Origin: a virus
Length of the DNA: 64,000 nt
Direction: 5' to 3' (one strand)
IMG/VR virus record: IMGVR_UViG_3300046779_000879
Location: 32,001 to 96,000 of that record
Translations under genes and position numbers: made by a program
Part shown: positions 25,896 through 35,782 of the stretch, one piece after another
Layout: every line of letters starts with the position of its first letter
Numbering within the stretch: the stretch's first letter is position 1
The notes under the pieces: generated by a model
What the model was told of the DNA's origin: nothing
Database searches by the model: none
Seen by the model: only the letters and a program-made list of their open reading frames with translations

Positions 25896-26099
25896 TTTAC
25901 TTTCCTTATTTTTGTCTTTCTAATTGTTTTACCATACTACGCATTTTTATCAATTCAGAAGCAGATGGACCTGCTGATGCTTCTTTATCCATTTGTATAG
26001 TCAATTCTTTTGGTTCACTTTTAGTGTACCAATATGCAGCGATTGCAAGAACTAGAACTTGCATTAAATAATAAACCATAAACGATTCGAATAAAACTG

Positions 26100-28484
26100 T
26101 TATTTCCATTGTAGTTCTACCATTTCGTTGTGTAACTTATCTGACCCTGTCATAAATTTTCTTCCTGCAGGATTATCAATATTTTTTTGATTATTATATA
26201 CAGTGAATGGTTGATAACTACGACCATCTGGTATAAAAGTTTTTCCGTAAACATCAAAACCTGGAACAAATGACATTGCAGAGATAACTACAGTTTGAAC
26301 TTGTTTTTGTTGTTCAAAACTTTGTGCATTATTCATCTCTCTTTGTGCTTCTTTCCCCTTTGATATCTCTTGTTGTTTTGCTACTTCTGCTTTTCTTTCA
26401 GCAAGTTCTTGTCTAGTTGTTTTTTGAGTTCCAGTACTTTGAGTATCTGTTTTAGTAGGTGCATTCTGTGCACTTTCAGTAGTGCTTCTGCTAGTAGTCC
26501 CATCTTGTTTTTTCTCTTCTTGTTTTCTATCTTCTTGTTTCTCTTGTTTTCTTTCTGTCGCAACAGCAACAACAGTAGGTGTTGAACCATTATTGCTTTC
26601 ATTATTTTGTTTAGATAATTGTACTGGAGCAGCTGGTGCTGCAGAAGAATTTGTCGTTGTAGTTGATGATGAAATTGCTTTATCAACGTCACTATCACCT
26701 GTTTTAGAAATACCTGTTTCTACTTTACCGTCAGAGGCGATGGCAATAGTTGTTTCTGATGTTGATCTTGTAGAAGATAATAAAGATGTATTAGATTTTG
26801 TTGTAGTTGTATATCCTGGACACATTTTATTAGATTGTGGATTAGAACCACAAGAAGCAAGTGTCGTTGTGTAATTTGGGCAATAAGAATATGTTAATTG
26901 ATTACTAGAGCAAGCATTACTAGCAGTAGTATATCCTGAACAAAGAGTATTACTCAGAGGATTTGATGAGCATGTTGTTTGTGCTGTTGAATATCCTGGA
27001 CAATATGAAGCATATAGTGCATTCGAACTACATTGTGTTGTGGCATTTTGATAACTTGGACAGTAAGACGCATAAAGTGGATTTAATGCGCATTGAGTTG
27101 AAGCAGTATTATATCCTGGACAAGCAGAGTCATACAATGGGTTTGCTGTGCATTGTTGATTAAGATATGCTTGAGCATATCCTGGACATTGAGGTGCGTA
27201 TAGAGGATTTAACGAACATTGTTGAGTTAAATAAGCAGCAGCATATCCTGGACAAGAAGGATTGTATAATTGATTAAGTGTGCATTGTTGATTGAAATAT
27301 GCAACAGCATATCCTGGACATTGTGGATCAAACAAAGCATTAGATGAACACTGTTGATTGAAATATGCAACAGCATATCCAGCACAAGATGGTGATGATA
27401 AAGGATTCGCTAAGCATGGATCTGGTGTATAAACTGCGTTACTATACATATTACTAATTGTAGCAGCACCAATTGTCCAAGGTGACATTGCGAATGCTCC
27501 AAGAGTTGACATTGGAACAGAAGAGTTTAATCTGTATTTTTTTGAATACGAACCAGATACTCCGTTGTTTCCACCATTGTGTGTATTTGATTCGCTGAAT
27601 ATTGTTGCATTGTTGGTATCAGTTATAACTGTAGCAACACCTGCGTCTGAATAATTCCAACCAGTTAAACAAAATCCAAACAAATCAAAAATGGCACATT
27701 GTCTACCAGCAACACTGTAATTATATCCATAATCAAATCCATGAATAGTAGCACCTGCTCCTGCTAAAGCCAGTGCTTGATTGATGGCATATGCTTGAGT
27801 TCCTGTAGTTCCAGGTAAAAGATTATTACTTATTTGTACTGTATTATATCCTGGACATGATGGAGAGTATGCTGGATTAGTCGCACAAGGATCAACTGTA
27901 TACTGCAATGTTAAAGAGGGGTTGCGAACTTGTGGTCCATAATAACCTGCCCAAAATCTAGCATCTTTACCTGTAAATGATAATTCTAAATTAGATAAAC
28001 CTGATAAAGAATAATTTTGGGGGAACCACTGTGTGCCAGAGAAGTTTGTAAACCCTCCGCTTGTTTGTGGATAGTTGTAGTTATATGTTTGAAGAGCATT
28101 TCCTACAGAATCTTTCAATACAACTTGACCAGTAAGTGTTCCATATTGCATGGTGGCAGGGTCATTATTAATATTCCACGAATAATTGTAACCACCAACT
28201 TGTATTCCTGTTCCAGACAATGCTTGATTGATAGCAATTGTCTGCATAGCAGTGGCTTGTGTATATCCAAATATAATTGTGTTTGTGCTAGGATTAAATG
28301 CTGGAGTATTTCCTCCTATAAAACCAGCATTTTGACCTTGAATAGTTCCAGTCCATGCATTTACTGTTGGGTTTAATAGATTAGAAGTTGCTGTGTATGT
28401 TGCGGTAGGTGATGGCTGTGTTCCTACTACTTGAGCAAACAAGTTACTTGATGTTAATAACAATAACAATAAAATTTTTTTCAT
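26100..28484 (-). CDS. large exported protein with Cys-rich tandem repeats
   Basis: signal peptide MKKILLLLLL; 11 C-x2-N-x6-C-x2-Y units. Confidence 0.85.
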   Translation of the reverse strand: MKKILLLLLLTSSNLFAQVVGTQPSPTATYTATSNLLNPTVNAWTGTIQGQNAGFIGGNTPAFNPSTNTIIFGYTQATAMQTIAINQALSGTGIQVGGYNYSWNINNDPATMQYGTLTGQVVLKDSVGNALQTYNYNYPQTSGGFTNFSGTQWFPQNYSLSGLSNLELSFTGKDARFWAGYYGPQVRNPSLTLQYTVDPCATNPAYSPSCPGYNTVQISNNLLPGTTGTQAYAINQALALAGAGATIHGFDYGYNYSVAGRQCAIFDLFGFCLTGWNYSDAGVATVITDTNNATIFSESNTHNGGNNGVSGSYSKKYRLNSSVPMSTLGAFAMSPWTIGAATISNMYSNAVYTPDPCLANPLSSPSCAGYAVAYFNQQCSSNALFDPQCPGYAVAYFNQQCTLNQLYNPSCPGYAAAYLTQQCSLNPLYAPQCPGYAQAYLNQQCTANPLYDSACPGYNTASTQCALNPLYASYCPSYQNATTQCSSNALYASYCPGYSTAQTTCSSNPLSNTLCSGYTTASNACSSNQLTYSYCPNYTTTLASCGSNPQSNKMCPGYTTTTKSNTSLLSSTRSTSETTIAIASDGKVETGISKTGDSDVDKAISSSTTTTNSSAAPAAPVQLSKQNNESNNGSTPTVVAVATERKQEKQEDRKQEEKKQDGTTSRSTTESAQNAPTKTDTQSTGTQKTTRQELAERKAEVAKQQEISKGKEAQREMNNAQSFEQQKQVQTVVISAMSFVPGFDVYGKTFIPDGRSYQPFTVYNNQKNIDNPAGRKFMTGSDKLHNEMVELQWK
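26810..27420 (-). repeat. intragenic tandem repeat, 10 units of 22 then 20 codons
   Basis: recurrent atatcctggaca (CPGY). Confidence 0.85.
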
Positions 28485-28594
28485 AATTTATCTTTTTGTT
28501 ACTATACCTTGCTTTATTGCTGCGCTTTGGTGTTCTAACCAAATACCAACAAACCCAATTATTATACATACTGCTGCGAACATTTTAGCCATGA

Positions 28595-29032
28595 TTATAT
28601 CTTATACAGTTTAAAAAAATATACGAGTAATGCAGCTACACCAATGCAGTACCACAATAAATCTTGAATTTTTTGGCGATCTTTATCAATAAACTTCATA
28701 TCCTGCGCATTTTGTTCTTGTATCTCGGCTTTATATTTTTCTACTTTATTCCAAGCATCTTTACCATGTTTTACTGTTAAATCTGTTTTTAGTTTTTTTA
28801 CTAACTCTTCTCTTTGTAGTTCTTCTTCAAATTTACGTATGGCTGCTAGTTCTGCGTTGATTAAGAGTTGTTCTTTCTGACGTCTTTCTTGGACTCTTTT
28901 TTTCTGTTCATTCTGAACAGATTTTTCCATGTCGCTCTGTATTTCACCAACAAATTTACCAGTATCATCCCCAAGTTTCTTGGCTTGTTTTAAAGCATTT
29001 AGACCATTGGATATGTCCTTCGGAATTTCCAT
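28595..29032 (-). CDS. coiled-coil protein with C-terminal TM helix
   Basis: 145-aa ORF. Confidence 0.7.
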   Translation of the reverse strand: MEIPKDISNGLNALKQAKKLGDDTGKFVGEIQSDMEKSVQNEQKKRVQERRQKEQLLINAELAAIRKFEEELQREELVKKLKTDLTVKHGKDAWNKVEKYKAEIQEQNAQDMKFIDKDRQKIQDLLWYCIGVAALLVYFFKLYKI

Positions 29033-29563
29033 TTAATCGTTTTTCTCCGCTGGTTTGCTCATTTCAACAACTGGAGGTTTTACTGCATAATTACCAATTG
29101 ATTTTTTATCAACATTATCTAATGCGCCACGTTTCTTCCATTCTTCTTTTGCTGCTTCGCCAATTTTACCCTCAACAGGACATGGCGTTCCTGCTGCTAA
29201 CATAGAAGCAAATACACGCTCGTCTTGGCATAAAGTAGCAACTGCAGCTACTTTCATACCCATATCATACAAATTCTTTGATAATTTGATTCTTTCGCAA
29301 TTCATATCTCTCATAGTTCCACCCATAGAGATACCAAGAATCTGCGTTTGTACTGCACCTGATGCTGCTACTGCGCAGACATCATTATTGATAGATGTGA
29401 TTGCTGGAGCCACTGCTGTTGGTGGCGGAGATTTTACTGTTGTTGTGCTATTTGAAGTAGAATCAGTGGTACTTCTACTAGTCGAATCAGTTACAATTGG
29501 TTGTGCCAATGTAATGGATGAAGCCATGATAAAAAGCACCGCTGTAGCGATCTTTTTAATCAT
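29033..29563 (-). CDS. exported Cys-containing protein
   Basis: signal peptide MIKKIATAV; SPPPTAVAP, DMNCERIKL, GTPCP. Confidence 0.75.
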   Translation of the reverse strand: MIKKIATAVLFIMASSITLAQPIVTDSTSRSTTDSTSNSTTTVKSPPPTAVAPAITSINNDVCAVAASGAVQTQILGISMGGTMRDMNCERIKLSKNLYDMGMKVAAVATLCQDERVFASMLAAGTPCPVEGKIGEAAKEEWKKRGALDNVDKKSIGNYAVKPPVVEMSKPAEKND

Positions 29564-29618
29564 TTTATTCCCTAAATTGCTTGTTATAATTGATGTGTGG
29601 TTTAACCCACTCAACTAT

Positions 29619-30782
29619 TTAGGACTTCTTTTGTTTTTGGAGTTCTTCGACTTCTTTTTCGATGGTTTTTACACCAGTTGATTGAAACACTTCGCTAACT
29701 TTATTTAAGAAAGATTGTGTTTTTGATGGATTTATCTTCTGTTCGAGTTCTTCCTCAGTCTCTGGAGTAATACGTCTTCCAGCTGAGTCATATTCTACAC
29801 GCTTTTTAACTCTATTATATAACTGAGGTTCCCAGTCCTTAGAATGCTCTTCTATTTTGATTTCTGGTAACTCTGTTTCTTCTGCTTCTTTGAAAGTTTG
29901 TTCATAGTCCATGCCATCTACTTTAGTGACAGTAACTTCCTCTTGAACGCTAACTTTATCTTCAATATCAGCACCCTCCTTTGCGAAAAAGGAATTCCAT
30001 GTAGTTGGTGGTGTATCAACTACATCTTCTTTTTCTCTACGCTTCTGCCAGTTTGCAGCAACTAACAATAAAACTGCTAAAGGATCAAATACTATAACAA
30101 TAAGAATGGTGACGATGCGAACTGCCTTCTCAAGCATATTCGTATCATTCGCACTTTCGTCACCATATATCAATGCTGCGATATATTTTATTGGTCCAAC
30201 TTCTGCTTCGACTTTACGGACTTCGCTGGCGATTGGCGCACGCTCTTCGTTGAGTTTTGCGATCTTGGCTTGCGCTGCACCGATTTCGTTGAGGATTCTG
30301 GCTCTGTCTTTTTGCTGTCCTCTACGGATGGAAATTGCTCTGTCTGTTCCACTGGCTTCTGTGGTTCGGCTGAGGGTTTGATCAACTTGAGCATCGAGTT
30401 GAGAAAGTTCTTTACGACTTGCATTGATATTTTCCTTTTCTGTTTTAATCTTCTCATCAAGTAATGCTAACTTAGACTGAACATCTCCAGTAGGAATTGC
30501 TTGATCCAAATGTGCCTTTGATAAGAATCCAAAAATGCCCATCGATGTCAACATCATTAATACAACTAGGGCGACTACAAAGTATGACTTCATCAATTTT
30601 GGAATTTCTTTCCAATTTTGATAGAGCCAAGATGCAACTACAAGTTTCGATGCCTCAAGCAACGAACCCATAAGAGCAATTGGTACTACAGCTGCAGCAA
30701 AAATTGCGACAAGACCCATCACTGCGTAATATGCAGCGAGAGCCGACAATGATAGTGCAACTGCAAAAAGTAAATATGTCAT
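29619..30782 (-). CDS. multi-TM coiled-coil membrane protein
   Basis: LEASKLV, TSMGIFGFLSKAH, EVGPIKYIA, VFDPLAV. Confidence 0.8.
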   Translation of the reverse strand: MTYLLFAVALSLSALAAYYAVMGLVAIFAAAVVPIALMGSLLEASKLVVASWLYQNWKEIPKLMKSYFVVALVVLMMLTSMGIFGFLSKAHLDQAIPTGDVQSKLALLDEKIKTEKENINASRKELSQLDAQVDQTLSRTTEASGTDRAISIRRGQQKDRARILNEIGAAQAKIAKLNEERAPIASEVRKVEAEVGPIKYIAALIYGDESANDTNMLEKAVRIVTILIVIVFDPLAVLLLVAANWQKRREKEDVVDTPPTTWNSFFAKEGADIEDKVSVQEEVTVTKVDGMDYEQTFKEAEETELPEIKIEEHSKDWEPQLYNRVKKRVEYDSAGRRITPETEEELEQKINPSKTQSFLNKVSEVFQSTGVKTIEKEVEELQKQKKS

Positions 30783-31204
30783 AGTTTGTTTTTAATATGA
30801 GAGCCATGAACACGAACAGATATCTGTCCGTTGTAGTAGTCGTCTGACTCCAACACCTTTCGTGCAAACTGTTCTCGTGCTTCTATGTAAGAACATTCAG
30901 CTTTAGATTTACAAAAGAAAAGAATCTCACGAACAAAGTTGTCTTTGCCGAAAGACTCTACATCTTTATTTAGTTCTATACTCGAACCATAGTACTCCAT
31001 CCAATCAGAGTCTATTTTGCTACGAATTCTTTTCCGTTTCTTAGTTCCGTTTTTCTGTTTCACCATTTTGTATGTAGTCTTAGAAAACTTAGACAGTTTC
31101 TTACCAATATACATACGACTGTTGGCTTTGTTCGTAATTAAATAAACAAAGCCAACACAGTCTTCAGGTAGTTCTTCAACGATTGAATTATTATAAGTCC
31201 ACAT
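30779..31204 (-). CDS. GIY-YIG (Seg-like) endonuclease
   Basis: GFVYLITN...YIGKK...YYGSS...YYN. Confidence 0.8.
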   Translation of the reverse strand: MWTYNNSIVEELPEDCVGFVYLITNKANSRMYIGKKLSKFSKTTYKMVKQKNGTKKRKRIRSKIDSDWMEYYGSSIELNKDVESFGKDNFVREILFFCKSKAECSYIEAREQFARKVLESDDYYNGQISVRVHGSHIKNKL

Positions 31205-31214
31205 AGTAGACTAT

Positions 31215-31364
31215 TTATTCCTCCTCGTCAAAGTCCTCCTCTTCATAAATGTCTCCTGAACACACTGGACAGTAAACAATATCTTCTAATCTGTGGTCAT
31301 CACCCTTAACAATAATCTTTCCTTGCGCACCACATTCATCACATTCAAAAATTTTAGTTGTCAT
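31215..31364 (-). CDS. small zinc-ribbon protein with acidic tail
   Basis: CDECG...CPVC...EEEDFDEEE, 49 aa. Confidence 0.65.
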   Translation of the reverse strand: MTTKIFECDECGAQGKIIVKGDDHRLEDIVYCPVCSGDIYEEEDFDEEE

Positions 31365-32064
31365 TTTTGACCCTTGCTAATTTTAATTTTTCTAGTATTT
31401 TAAACCACATCCAACCAATATCAAACTCAAACCAACGTCTGCTTAATTTAGGATTTGCAGGTTCAGCATGATGATTGTTGTGCAGTTCTTCACCACCAAT
31501 AATAATTCCAAATATTGATATGTTCTTTGATCGATCTTTGGTATCAGTGTTACGATAACCAAACCAATGACCAACTCCATTCACTATACCTGCTGCCCAG
31601 AATGGAATCCATATCATTTGAATGCCCCATAGTAGCAGACCAATCCAACCAAACAAAATAATATTGATGGCTAACATAATCATTATACCTGCTCTGCTAT
31701 GTTTAGAGTAAATATTATTTTCTACCCAGTCATCTGGAGTTCCAACTCCATATTGATCAATCATCGCTTTATTTTTACTGGCTTCATGATAAAGTAAAGC
31801 ACCACCAAACACAACTCTCCAAATACCATAGACATGAGGTGAGTGTGGATCGCCTTCTTTATCAGAATTCTGATGATGTTTACGATGAATGGCTACCCAC
31901 TGTTTAGTTACCATACCAGTAGTCAGCCACAACCAGAAACGCATAAAGTGTGCGACTGCTGGATGAAATATCAATCCTCTATGAGTCTGCCCTCTATGAA
32001 GATAAAGAGTGACGCACACGATGGTGATGTGCGTCATTATTAAAACGTAGATAAGTTCAATCAT
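31354..32064 (-). CDS. membrane fatty-acid desaturase (delta-9/DesA-like)
   Basis: His boxes HRGQTH, HRKHH, HNNHH; GDPHSP; FEFDIGW. Confidence 0.92.
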   Translation of the reverse strand: MIELIYVLIMTHITIVCVTLYLHRGQTHRGLIFHPAVAHFMRFWLWLTTGMVTKQWVAIHRKHHQNSDKEGDPHSPHVYGIWRVVFGGALLYHEASKNKAMIDQYGVGTPDDWVENNIYSKHSRAGIMIMLAINIILFGWIGLLLWGIQMIWIPFWAAGIVNGVGHWFGYRNTDTKDRSKNISIFGIIIGGEELHNNHHAEPANPKLSRRWFEFDIGWMWFKILEKLKLARVKNDN

Positions 32065-32695
32065 CTTTTCTTTCGTACATAACTGTATCTGTATCACCAA
32101 GTGCCCACTTGGATTCATTTTCGACAGACCAGCGTTTTGTTGCTACTTTAAAATCTGGCATCTTCAACTCCCGAGGATTAGACGAAGGCTCGAGGATAAT
32201 AAGACGATTGTTTGGCTGAGCAGCGAACTGCCCATTATCACACATAATAAAATTATAAGATTTATGATCTTCGGTATCTTCAGCAAATCCAGTATCAAGA
32301 ATATTAAAATCAGGATGACCAGAATCAACAGTGAATAGATAAGTTCCATACATCCAATCTCCGTTTTTTAATTTAAACTTACAACGCATTGATTGCAGTT
32401 GTGCTTTCTTAATTACTGTAATATCATAAGAAAGACAGTCCCATAACTGTAAATAATCTAATGGGAGTGGTTCTCCATCAATTGGTTTCCAACAATAAGC
32501 ATGCAATGGCAACTTATCATATAATGCACCATAATGATTAAGATACGATTCAATACGAAATGCTTGTCCTCTTAGTGACTTTATACTTATCCACCAGCAT
32601 GGTTCTAATTCACCATGTCCCTTTTCAAAATCATAAAGGAATTCTCTTCGCACATAACATTTTACTGGTGGTAAATTTGCTACTATATGCGCCAT
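32057..32695 (-). CDS. conserved hypothetical protein
   Basis: ANLPP..VRREFLYD..LQLWDC..GQFAAQPNNR. Confidence 0.75.
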   Translation of the reverse strand: MAHIVANLPPVKCYVRREFLYDFEKGHGELEPCWWISIKSLRGQAFRIESYLNHYGALYDKLPLHAYCWKPIDGEPLPLDYLQLWDCLSYDITVIKKAQLQSMRCKFKLKNGDWMYGTYLFTVDSGHPDFNILDTGFAEDTEDHKSYNFIMCDNGQFAAQPNNRLIILEPSSNPRELKMPDFKVATKRWSVENESKWALGDTDTVMYERKDD

Positions 32696-33366
32696 TATTC
32701 CTTGTTTCCAAACAGTTGTAATATGCTGATGAAAATGTTGATGAAGTTTATGTAAAGACTTAACGCACCAAACCATTGCATACGTGCGATTTCATCTTGC
32801 GAAGCATCCCAAAACATATCACGAATACGATTCATGTCATATGCAGTAAGACCTAAGAAAATGAGAATTGCTAATACATTTAATGTCATCTGTAATGCTG
32901 TTGATGCTACAAAAATGTTTATGATGCCAACAACGATTAAACCGATTACACCAGCAAACAAAAATGGACCCCATCCTGAGATGTCACGTTTAGTGAAATA
33001 ACCCCATCCAGCCAATGCACCGAAAGAAACAGTTGTTCCAAGTAAAGCAGTAACGATACTTGCACTAGTATATGCATAGAATAATAAACTTAAACTAAGA
33101 CCCATTGCTGCTGCGAAAGCGAAGAACCAAAGTTTAATAGTAGATTCTGACATCTCAGAACCTTTCCATGCCAAAAACAAACTCATAACTAATGGTGCAA
33201 ATATAATAACATATCCAAGTATACCAGAAAATAACAGTGGAACTATTCCAAGACCAACTACAATAGAAGCGAAAATCATTGTAGCAAATATGCCAACAGA
33301 CATTCTACCAAGAACACCTGCTACTGCTGTGTTTAAACTTTCTACTGCTGAAACATTTAAATTCAT
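32695..33366 (-). CDS. Bax inhibitor-1/YccA family membrane protein
   Basis: about 7 TM helices; GYFTKRD, AYDMNRI, ALSLYINFINIF. Confidence 0.9.
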   Translation of the reverse strand: MNLNVSAVESLNTAVAGVLGRMSVGIFATMIFASIVVGLGIVPLLFSGILGYVIIFAPLVMSLFLAWKGSEMSESTIKLWFFAFAAAMGLSLSLLFYAYTSASIVTALLGTTVSFGALAGWGYFTKRDISGWGPFLFAGVIGLIVVGIINIFVASTALQMTLNVLAILIFLGLTAYDMNRIRDMFWDASQDEIARMQWFGALSLYINFINIFISILQLFGNKE

Positions 33367-33381
33367 AGTTTTTCCTTTCAA

Positions 33382-34371
33382 TTATGCTGCTTTACCCCAA
33401 ACATCACCCCAATCACCTGATAATGCACCCTTAGCATAGTCAGTCACACGATTCTCAAAGAAGTTACCGTGCACTGGTGCGTTAATCATTTCTTCAACCC
33501 ATGGTAATGGATTCTTCTTAACTTTGAAGACACCTTTCATACCTAAAGAGATAAGACGACGATCTGCGATGTAACGAATATACTTCTTTACATCTTCAGC
33601 AGATAAATCTCGCATCTCTGCGCCAGCAAAAGATAGATCGATAAACTTGTCTTCAAGTTCAACCATCTTCTCAGCAATAGTATAAATCTTACCTTTGAGT
33701 TCATCATTCCAGATCTCTGGATTCTCTTTGATATACTCACGGAATAATTTAATCATTGACTCAGCGTGCATTGTTTCGTCAACAATACTCCAAGTAACAA
33801 TTTGTCCCATGCCTTTCATCATACCATGACGTGGCATATTTAATAACATAATGAAAGAACTAAACAACTGCATGCCTTCAGTGAATGCAGAAAACACAGC
33901 GATGTGCTCAGCAGTAGATGCAATGGTTCCATTACGTGATGAGATGTCACCAATATAATCATGCTTGTCTTTCATTTCTTGATATTCCATAAACTGATTG
34001 TATGTAGTTTCTGGAAGACCAAGTGTTTCAATCAGATGAGAATATGCAGCAATGTGAAGTGCTTCACGTGCAGCAAAACCAGACAACATCATACGAATCT
34101 CTGGTTGTGGGAAGTATGGAAGATAGTTCTTCACATAACCACCAGCAACATCAATGTCACCTTGTGTGAAGAAACGAAAGATATTTGTGAGAAACAACTT
34201 CTCTTCTTTAGTTAATTTCTTCTTCCAATCTTTTACGTCTTCTGCCATTGGCACTTCTGTATGTAGCCAATGTGCTTGTTCGTGTTTCAACCATGCTTCA
34301 TATGCCCATGGATAGTTGAATGGTTTAAAGTAATTTCTCTCATCCGTCATTTTATTATTTTTCTTAAGCAT
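33382..34371 (-). CDS. nrdB: ribonucleotide reductase class Ia beta subunit
   Basis: FFTQGD, EALHIAAY, EGMQLF, DETMH, NFFE. Confidence 0.95.
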   Translation of the reverse strand: MLKKNNKMTDERNYFKPFNYPWAYEAWLKHEQAHWLHTEVPMAEDVKDWKKKLTKEEKLFLTNIFRFFTQGDIDVAGGYVKNYLPYFPQPEIRMMLSGFAAREALHIAAYSHLIETLGLPETTYNQFMEYQEMKDKHDYIGDISSRNGTIASTAEHIAVFSAFTEGMQLFSSFIMLLNMPRHGMMKGMGQIVTWSIVDETMHAESMIKLFREYIKENPEIWNDELKGKIYTIAEKMVELEDKFIDLSFAGAEMRDLSAEDVKKYIRYIADRRLISLGMKGVFKVKKNPLPWVEEMINAPVHGNFFENRVTDYAKGALSGDWGDVWGKAA

Positions 34372-34391
34372 TTTATTTTTCCTGTTATCTA

Positions 34392-35087
34392 TTAAATCTT
34401 ATCCATTCTATACAATGGAATGTTTTCTGCTCGGTCGGTTTCTATTTTATTTAAAAAATAAACTAATGTTAATCTTGAATCTTCTGAATCAGAGCCAAAA
34501 AAAGTATTGGCACCATGATATTCATTACCATTAAACATAATACATCTATTGTATAAATTATTAATTTTAATGGTTTCATCAAACATAGAATTACATTCTG
34601 TTCTTTCTTCATCATATTTGTTAGACTTAATGTTTTGATGATAGAATGAATTTTTTGTTACTTGTAATTCTTCATATCTTTTGGTATCGAATAAGGAATT
34701 TGGTTTGTATATAGATGTCCCACTATTTAATGGAGCATTTGGAGTTAAGTAAAGAACTCCAGCACTTAAATCTGAACCATCAACGTGAATCCAACCATCG
34801 TTCCAATTTTTTGGAACCAATTGGAAAAACGCATATACTTCCCAACTAACTCGTTGTTCCTGAACATTATGAAATATTGAAGACAACTTTGAAGTAAACT
34901 CAAAATATAAATCAGTATTAATTTCATGTAAAGCGTCAGTTCTTGAACCTGGATATAAAATAAGTTGTCCAGCATCAATACGTTCTTTATTTGTTTTAAA
35001 GATTTGTTTTAAAGCAAATTCTCTTACTTTATCTGGATCTTTAAAGAAATTATCTACAACAGTAATTGGATATAATCTATCCATCAT
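34392..35087 (-). CDS. 2OG-Fe(II) oxygenase-like (DUF6445-like)
   Basis: VVDNFF.DPD.VR, YPGSR, WIHVD, SGTS, YHG, RLTLVYF. Confidence 0.75.
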   Translation of the reverse strand: MMDRLYPITVVDNFFKDPDKVREFALKQIFKTNKERIDAGQLILYPGSRTDALHEINTDLYFEFTSKLSSIFHNVQEQRVSWEVYAFFQLVPKNWNDGWIHVDGSDLSAGVLYLTPNAPLNSGTSIYKPNSLFDTKRYEELQVTKNSFYHQNIKSNKYDEERTECNSMFDETIKINNLYNRCIMFNGNEYHGANTFFGSDSEDSRLTLVYFLNKIETDRAENIPLYRMDKI

Positions 35088-35272
35088 TCCTTGTCCAATG
35101 TCAGTTCTATCATATCATCTTTAATATAAACACCTACAACTTCACGATAACCTTCTTCAGTATTAACAACTACTTTGACTTTTTTATTTGTTTTAGTAAT
35201 TTCACCAGAGTTCTTTGGAACTACTGCACACCAATACTTTTTAATTTTATCCGCAATATCATAGGCATCCAT
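35084..35272 (-). CDS. hypothetical protein
   Basis: 62-aa ORF. Confidence 0.6.
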   Translation of the reverse strand: MDAYDIADKIKKYWCAVVPKNSGEITKTNKKVKVVVNTEEGYREVVGVYIKDDMIELTLDKE

Positions 35273-35280
35273 TTTTTATC

Positions 35281-35778
35281 CTATTTTAATTTTAGTTTAA
35301 AGGCAACAGTTATTCTTAATTCTTTGCAGTGCCTTGTCGGTTCTGATCCATAATGTAGTATATTACTATTAAATAAAATTCCAGTATTGGGTTTTGGGAT
35401 ATGTGTGTATGTAATATTGTCATGATGTAAAACAGTAGCACCACCCCATTTAATATCCCAAACAGGGTTCATATAAATCACAAATGTTTTGATATCTTCT
35501 GCACGATCATCTATGTGAAAATCACCACATAAACCATATGTCTGTCCATTGGCTCGTACCGATAACAGTTCAAACTTTTGCTCAGTCATACTTTGTATTT
35601 CATTAAACACAAATGAGTTATAAAAACTATTATCAATTAAATCTATATACCAAAATGTTAAAGCATCATTGCCAGGTGCACTGTTATTAATAAATTTCCA
35701 TCCAGAACCATGCGCCAGTGCATTATATTGATCATAAAAATAGCATTCTGGAATTACATTATGATATACCTCAAACAT
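35281..35778 (-). CDS. prolyl-4-hydroxylase-like 2OG-Fe(II) oxygenase
   Basis: NGQT, FHID, WGGAT, LH, RITVAFK. Confidence 0.85.
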   Translation of the reverse strand: MFEVYHNVIPECYFYDQYNALAHGSGWKFINNSAPGNDALTFWYIDLIDNSFYNSFVFNEIQSMTEQKFELLSVRANGQTYGLCGDFHIDDRAEDIKTFVIYMNPVWDIKWGGATVLHHDNITYTHIPKPNTGILFNSNILHYGSEPTRHCKELRITVAFKLKLK

Positions 35779-35782
35779 TATT

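Noticed and set aside
26810-27420. CRISPR-like periodic repeat
   Set aside because: The period is a multiple of 3 with synonymous variation inside an ORF, so it is a protein repeat; no cas genes are present.
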